Positions 55,627-64,000 of a stretch of DNA of 64,000 nt are shown in pieces. Position 1 is the first letter of the stretch. The number at the start of each line of letters is the position of its first letter. Location of the stretch: NCBI RefSeq assembly GCF_009914755.1, contig NC_060945.1; one strand, written 5' to 3'. The notes under the pieces are model-generated. The model did not search any database. It was not told the origin of the DNA and saw only the letters and a list, made by a program, of their open reading frames with translations. The stretch comes from the human T2T-CHM13v2.0 reference genome, Homo sapiens. The position numbers and the translations under genes were made by a program.

Positions 55627-56752
55627 TGGGTTTTGTTCCTACAGCAAAAGAAAGGAGTGGCTGACTTGGCAGAGAAGAGATGAAATCATATTTGCATTTG
55701 ACCAAGATGGAGACAGTAGGGGGAGGAGGTGGGTGACCTGGAGGCTCACCTGGGATGGTGAGCCAGGCCCCTCAGGGGGTGGTGGGTGGGAGTGGGCTGT
55801 AGAGGTTGCCATGCAGGGGTCTCCCTTAGGCAGCATAGTGGGTGTGTGGGGCAAGGCTTGTGAGAAGGGGCCACCCCAGCAAGGATAAAGCGATGCCTGC
55901 CCACGGGAGTATCACGTTGGTCTGAGATGCAAGAAGAAAGAAACGGAGAGGACCATGGAGGGGGCTAAGAAATTCTAAAGGCAAGAAACAGTCAGGGAAA
56001 AGAAAGGATTCCACGGTGGGGGTGGCAGAGACCGAGTGCTGAGCCAGCGCCAGGCGCCCACCCTGTGGGCACATGTTATAAAGCAGCACCATGAAATGGA
56101 ACGGCGAGGCTCCCCAACACAACAGACTCTAGAAACTGATGGCTGGGTGTGAACATAACAAAACACTGGGAAAGGACATAATTAGTAAATCTTGGGATGA
56201 ATTATCAAATGGGAAGAGACCAGTGAAGTCAACCAGGGGGGCCCACCATGCGATTGTCCGGGTGAGGAGGGGAGGTTGGGCGCCTTCCCTGGCATGCAGG
56301 TTGCCCCCATCCTGCCTCCAGGGCTCAGGGCTCTGAGAGGACATGGTTGCAGCATGAAGGGCATGGGCTTTGCCTCCTCCACTGTAGGGTGGGAGCCAGT
56401 CCTGCTGCAAAGAGCCGCTATGGGGTTGGAGGTCACACATGTGCACAGACATGGCGCCTGGCCCACGGCAGGTGCTCCATACAGCACAGGAATAATGGCT
56501 TCGTTACACAGAGCCAAGAATAGGGAAGAATTTGTTTTGCTCTAAGTGCAACCTTCACGCCAAGCATATTTAACTTCGATGAATAAGCAGCAAAAACAAA
56601 CTTTGGGTTTTGTTCCTACAGCAAAAGAAAGGAGTGGCTGACTTGGCAGAGAAGAGATGAGATCATATTTGCACTTGACCAAGATGGCCCCAGGAGATAA
56701 TGGGAGGAAGGGGGTGACCCTGGAGGCTGATCTGGGATGGTGAGCTGGCCCC
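55627..56752 (+). repeat. Local direct duplication of ~145 bp (55627-55770 and 56604-56752)
   Basis: First 84 bp are 82/84 identical; the remainder is more diverged. Confidence 0.92.
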
Positions 56753-57229
56753 CTCCACTGTCGAATGTTTAAAAAACATTAAAAATGAGTCAAAAGGAGA
56801 ACAGAGGAATCCGCCCCTAGCTGGTGATGCTTCTTTTTGTTACATACAAGTGAAGAGAGTATAGAGAGTCATTCATTCATTCATGCAGCTCATCTGGACT
56901 GAGCATCTACTGTGTTAGAGAGACCACGTATAAATACCCTTTTAAATGTTTATTCAGTAACGAAGATATTCCTGCTTCTGACTTCTCCATCCAGGTCTTG
57001 GAATCACCACCTCTCACACACACACCCAGGAATCATCTCTGTACCAGCCTCCTTTTCTCTAACCTCGATCCCATCCCATCTGACCAATCAGAAACCAAAT
57101 CCCACCAGCCTTCTCTCTGTGATCGAACTGCATCTTCTTTCTTCTTCCCCACTGGGTCCATCTGCTGGCTCTCTAGCTGGAAGCTTCTCCACACCACCCC
57201 GCACCCACCTGCCAGCCCAGCTGCCGGGA

Positions 57230-57420
57230 CTTTGGAACAGACCTGGCTGTGGATCCCCCTGGGGGGCTTCCAAGCTGTGTGACCTTGGACATGTTATCTC
57301 GCCCTCCTAGTGTTCATCTTCCCCATCAATAAGACAGGCATGAAGCTGCCTAGCTCACCAGGCTGTGGAAAGGATGGAAGACCACAGCAGGAGGCGTGAA
57401 GCTCCTGCATGGTGCCCAAC
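57230..57420 (+). mobile_element. MIR
   Basis: aagctgtgtgaccttggacatgttatctc...ttcatcttccccatc. Confidence 0.65.
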
Positions 57421-58372
57421 ACAGGCGAGAGGGCAGGTAAGGTTTCCGGGGCCTACCTCATGCAAGTGTCACCCATGGCTACTTAGGAATAATTTCTGGC
57501 ACTGGGCTCCCCTATGTTCCCTCCACATACACATTTAATCACCTTCCATTCCCCATCCCCCAGACCTGTCCCCTAGATCCTTGGCCAGTGCTCTTTGCCA
57601 CAGTTTCCCTTCCCTTGGGCTTCATCCTGCTGAAGACACTGCTGACCCGGCTGCCTGCAGTGACCTGCAAGCCTGCACCTGCTGCTTCCTGAACTCTCCT
57701 TAGGTGCTGCCCAGAGACACCTCCTCTATCCTGTGGAATGTCATGGGGACCTGGATTGCTATTTCACATTTCATGTGTGTGCCTATCGCCCCGGCTGGAC
57801 TCAGTTCCTTCAGGATTAGGACCAGGCCTTATGGTCCTTTGAATTCCTCCTCAAAAATCTGCAGGTTTTCCAGAAACATCTCTTGATTTCAATTAGAGGT
57901 TTGTAGCTCTAGCACCAAAGTTAAGTTGGATCTAGGGCTGCTGTTTGCAAGACGTACTTACTAATCCAGGTGGGCACAGGCCATGCAGCAGCCAGGCCCT
58001 CCAGTGCTGGGCTGGGGCTGCCCTGCCCCCTCCCCTCTCAGGATCAGTCCTCCCGTGGAGACGGGGTGTCTTTCTGGGGTGCAGAAGCAACCACTCACTC
58101 CTTGGCTTTGAGGCTTCATGAGACCACAGGGAAGCGCTCAAGCCCCTCAGCCTGGAAAACAATGCCAGGCTTCCTTTCTCAGATAATCCCTCTGATCCCT
58201 GCCCCCCTGACCCTCCACAGGCACATCCAGCCTCCTGCAGGGCTCCTCAGACCCCAACCTGCCCAGCTGTTGGCATCACCCCTACCATTTTCTGCCTGCA
58301 GATCCCTCTCCCTCCTCACCTGAAAATCTCTCTCCTCCCTCCAAGAATCAGATCACGGTTACCCCTTAGCAG

Positions 58373-59305
<933 letters not shown>

Positions 59306-59319
59306 GCAGGAAGTGTCAC

Positions 59320-59540
59320 ACATGGATTAACACCCCTGACTCCAGGTCTGACTGTTTGGCGTCAAATTCTGGCTGCTGTGATTTTAGGTAAATCATTTCG
59401 CCTTGCTGCCCCTCAGTTTCCTCATCTGTAACATGGGAGGAATGAGACTGCCCACTTCTTACAGTCTCTGTGAGAACCAGATAACTAATAAGCACATGTG
59501 CAAGCACAGGGCCTGGCACAAGGTCACTTCCATCTGCTCT
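59320..59540 (+). mobile_element. MIR
   Basis: cctcagtttcctcatctgtaacatgggaggaatgag. Confidence 0.78.
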
Positions 59541-59707
59541 CGGTGTACAGTAGACGGTCACCCCAAGATCAGGTCTGTCTCCTTCCCTCACTGTCTTGTT
59601 CCACTTCATATCCCAGCATGGGATGGGGAACTGGTCAGATGGGGTAGCCTCAACAGATGGTTGTTAGATAATTGAATAAATGGGTGAATGAATGAATGAA
59701 TGAGTGA

Positions 59708-60044
<337 letters not shown>

Positions 60045-61909
60045 GAGTTTTCAAGTGCAATTTTGTTTGGAGTCCCAGAATCTAAAGTCACCCTGTTGGT
60101 GAAAAATATGAACTTCCTCTTGCATCTTACTCAGGGCAGGGGGTTAGTGGGACAAAAGCTGCTTTCAGTCTCCTGGCCAGTGCCTCTGAGTAACAGCCCT
60201 TTTGTGAAGGGCAGAAAGGAGAGTGTGTAGTTGTCAGGAATATTCAAGCAGAACCAAAGCTGACATCACGCCTGTAAATATGCATGCATGCCCACAGCTA
60301 CCCTGGTATTGGCTGGCTCAGCCTGTGCAGTGATACCACACACACACAAACACACACACACAGCTGGTTGTCCCTAACTGCTGCTAGTCACTAGCACACC
60401 GAGGGGGCCAGGGTCAACATCCTCATGACCGTTCCTAGTGGCTTCCACAGAGCGGGGACACAACAGCAAATCAGCGCTGGCGAGAGGTTTGCAGTGCAGA
60501 ATTCATCCACCCCCTGGAGCTGGGATGTTAGAATGTGTTCCCCAATTCAATATGCTTCTATTTAAAATAAATACAATCTTGGCTTCAAAATCATGGGTCA
60601 TGGCACTGCTGTGTCTGGAGGTAGGAAGCCTCTTCATCAGGGCAGTTTCAGGCCATTCATCTTGCTAGAGTGTGGATAACACACATCAAAAGCAAAGTTC
60701 CACATATTACATTTATTTTAAATCTATAAAGATGGAAAATGATTAGAATAAAGGTGCCAGCCTATAGTTAGCTGTTTCTAGATATTCTTTTGTCCTCGGC
60801 TTAGATGTACCACAGGAGGAATTGTTCTTTCTTCTTGCTCCCATTTCTTTTCTTGGAGTTAGTGGGGTAGGTCTCCCACTCGTGACACCTGCTTCATGCC
60901 TTTTTGCACCACACAGAGATGGTGGTAGTGGCCTTGGAGGCTGCAGTCTCTTAGCTCTCATGACTGCTACCACATTTGTGTTCAGTTGCTCAGGCCGTTC
61001 ACTGCACAAGGACACCTGGCAGAAGGAGCAGTGGGGCCAGTGTACCTCCTGGTGGAAGGCTGCATCTGCCTGGAGGAAGGGGTGTCTTTTTAATGCAGGC
61101 AGAGGCCTGTCCAGCCAGCGGCAGCCCTGGCTCCCTCGTCCTCCCGGGAGTACCATGGCACTGCACTCAGGGGCTTCTGAGGCTGCTGTGCTGACTAGGA
61201 AGTCTGAGACCCCCAGTGATGCACAAGAAACTGGGGCTGGGTGGTCTGTCAGCCGACTTCGGGGGAGCTGTGTTCAGGAGAGAAGGGCTTGGGAAAGCTG
61301 TGCTCTATTCCATGCTGGATAAAAGGAGCAGAGATAACCCGGTCAGGGTCATGGGTAGAGGCCATGGAGACAAACAAGACAGAGGAGATGAGCTGCAGCC
61401 GCCTCTAGCTGGAAACGCAGTGCAGAGGCGCCCAGGCCAAAGCAGCTTCTGTTCACAAAAAGTCTCCCCGAGGCCCTGCAAGGAGGAGCAGGAGCCAGTG
61501 CTCCCCTCTCCCCGCTGGGAGGAAGTGCCTGCCTGCTACCCAGGCAGGGGAGGGGCTTGCTGGCATTTTCCCAGGAGCAAATGCAGCACAGAATGGGGGT
61601 TCCTTAGGCCCCAGTCAATGAATTCCACCAGGAATGCGGTGAGACCTCAGGGGCAGAGGCCCACAGAGGACATCAGGCATCCGAGAGACGGACACACGGG
61701 GGAAAAGGGCATTTCCAGGCCCTCTGAGCAGTCTCTGCGCTTGCATGACGTTAGATGATGAGGAATAAAAACCCAAACCTTATTTCAGCGCTGCATGGAA
61801 AGAATTTCCCTGAGCTGATATGAATGACATACCTTCTGCTTTTAATGAGGTCCAGTATAAAGACGATTTATGTGAAGAATATTTTGGTCTTAAAAGACTC
61901 TGTTATTTT

Positions 61910-62231
<322 letters not shown>

Positions 62232-62410
62232 TTAAAGTGTATAATAAACTCTTCCTTTAATATTAGTTGGAGTTTGTCTCTCCAGTTTAACCTGAAAGGT
62301 TACTGTGATTGGGCAACCATGAGGCAGTTTCCCCAGATGCTTCTTGATCAACAGCTGTTCTGTTCCAAGGGCCTGCTCCTGACTGGTTTTGATCAGCTCT
62401 TGGATTTTTA

Positions 62411-62709
62411 TTTTTATTCATTTTTTTTGAAACAGGGTCTTGATCTGTTGCCTAGGCCAGAGTGCAATGATGCCATCTTGGCTCACTGCAACCTCTGCCT
62501 CCAGAATTCAAGTGATTCTCCTGCCTCAGTCTCCTGAGTAGCTGGCATCACAGGCGTGTGCCACCATGTCCAGCTAATTTTTGTATTTTTAGTAGAGACG
62601 GAGTTTCACCATGACGGACAGGACGGTCTCGAACTCCTGGTCTCAAGTGATCCCCCGCCTCAGCCTCCCAAAGTGTTGGGATTACAGATGTGAGTCCCTG
62701 CGCCCAGCC
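62411..62709 (-). mobile_element. AluJ/S
   Basis: Diverged Alu; flanking duplication TCTTGGATTTTTA. Confidence 0.87.
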
Positions 62710-64000
62710 AGTTCTTGGATTTTTAGTCGTTCTGGTTTATATTTGGTTGACTTTGATAAGGCTCCTTATAAAAGGGCACGACCGATAAACCAAAGTGTCT
62801 GGATTATTACAGAAAATAAAATTCAGGTAAGAGCCAGATGTTGGCTGATAAAGGGAGTGCCAGGAACCCTCTGGCTCTGTAGATTGTGCCAGAGCCTCAG
62901 GGATCACCGGCCGAGCCGGGGCTGCACCCTGCTGCTCAGTCTTCTCTTGTCGCCCTGGGAGAGGGAGATGGTGGGATTGGGCCGGGGGTTAGGAGACAGT
63001 GCCACAACAATGCTCTTCGAAATCAAACATGCGAGAAAGCAACGTTTAATTTTGTTTTTCATTTGGCGTATTCACATTTCTGTCTTTTGCTTTTGGTCCA
63101 TGTTTGCTCTCCTTTCTGTGCTTGTCACGGGCATCTGGTCACTCCCGGCCTACTGCATTCCTACTCTTTCTCATCCCAGTTCAAGCGTGTTCCCCAGGCC
63201 AGCCTGCCCCTTGCATCTCTGCCAAGACGTTGTTTCTCACGCACCTGGGAAGGTGTTTCACATGCCCGAACACGCTGAGGGTCAGATGGACCCCAGGGTC
63301 TCAGCCGGCCGACCCTAACTTCCCAGGCTGCATGTAAAGCCGTTGTGCAGAGTCTTTTCTGGAAGTAGAGCCTCTTCTCCACTAAGTTATTTTTTCTTTT
63401 TAACTTAGGCCTTGCCCACGAGATACTTGATAGTCTTCCAGCTTTTATTTTATCTGTCCACTTTGATCAACTTTGATCAGCATCAGCATGATTTCAAAGT
63501 CTTTGTCAAGAAACAGACGCTGGCGTTGGATGAGGCATGGGAAAGATGAAGAGAGTTGGCTGAGAAGGACGTGGTCCCCAGCCCTGTTCTTGAGGCTGGG
63601 TCTTTAGGGGGCCAGGAGGTGCGGAGCTGAACGCTTCCCGCCTGAGGCTTCATCCGCCCGCAAGTGCATCAGGACTCTGCTTGCAAAGCGACGATCATTT
63701 CCTGGGTTATCAGTCTGGAAGCTGCATCCACAAAGAACAGGAGGCTGTTGGTTTTTGCTCATGCATTCATTCCTTCGTTCATTTGGCATTCCTTGGAGTG
63801 CAGCCAGCAGCCACGGGGCGCAGGTGCAGTCCGTTCTGGGCCACACCTGAGAAGAGCTGCAATCCTTGCCTCTTGTTGGAGGCTTTAGGCCCCACCTCGT
63901 GTCCTCCTGACCTACCTTTCTGCCTCAGCCCTGCTCTGGCAGCCGGCAGTGCACAGGTGGGGCCTGGCAGCCCTGTGCCTACGCAGCCCCACGTATGTCC

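Overview
Primate (human-like) genomic DNA containing the 5' half of C2CD2 on the minus strand. C2CD2 is the TMEM24/C2CD2L paralogue with an N-terminal TM helix, an SMP-like region and a C2 domain; from recall it lies at human 21q22.3. Seven coding exons with canonical GT-AG junctions splice into one open frame of 953 nt ([22 protein letters not shown]...MWEEEFTF): 43871-43593, 32435-32337, 12326-12213, 9201-9097, 8468-8346, 4970-4847 and 2687-2579. The gene continues beyond position 1. The promoter is a CpG island at about 43250-44560, followed by an ~860-bp GT-rich repeat and ~19 kb of upstream intergenic DNA. The rest is typical interspersed repeat: over 30 Alus, L1, MIR/L2, ERV/MaLR LTRs, Tigger DNA transposons and several minisatellites. 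Nearly all ORFs in the supplied track are spurious. I found no convincing new multi-gene system. The best leads are an out-of-frame AUG 7 nt before the C2CD2 start that opens a 102-codon overlapping ORF, a candidate internal first exon that would give a TM-less isoform, inverted Alus around exons 3-6, CA-rich tracts at both ends of intron 3, ARE-like motifs, and several local templated-copy or gene-conversion signatures. Repeat family names come from my recall of consensus sequences and were not run through RepeatMasker.
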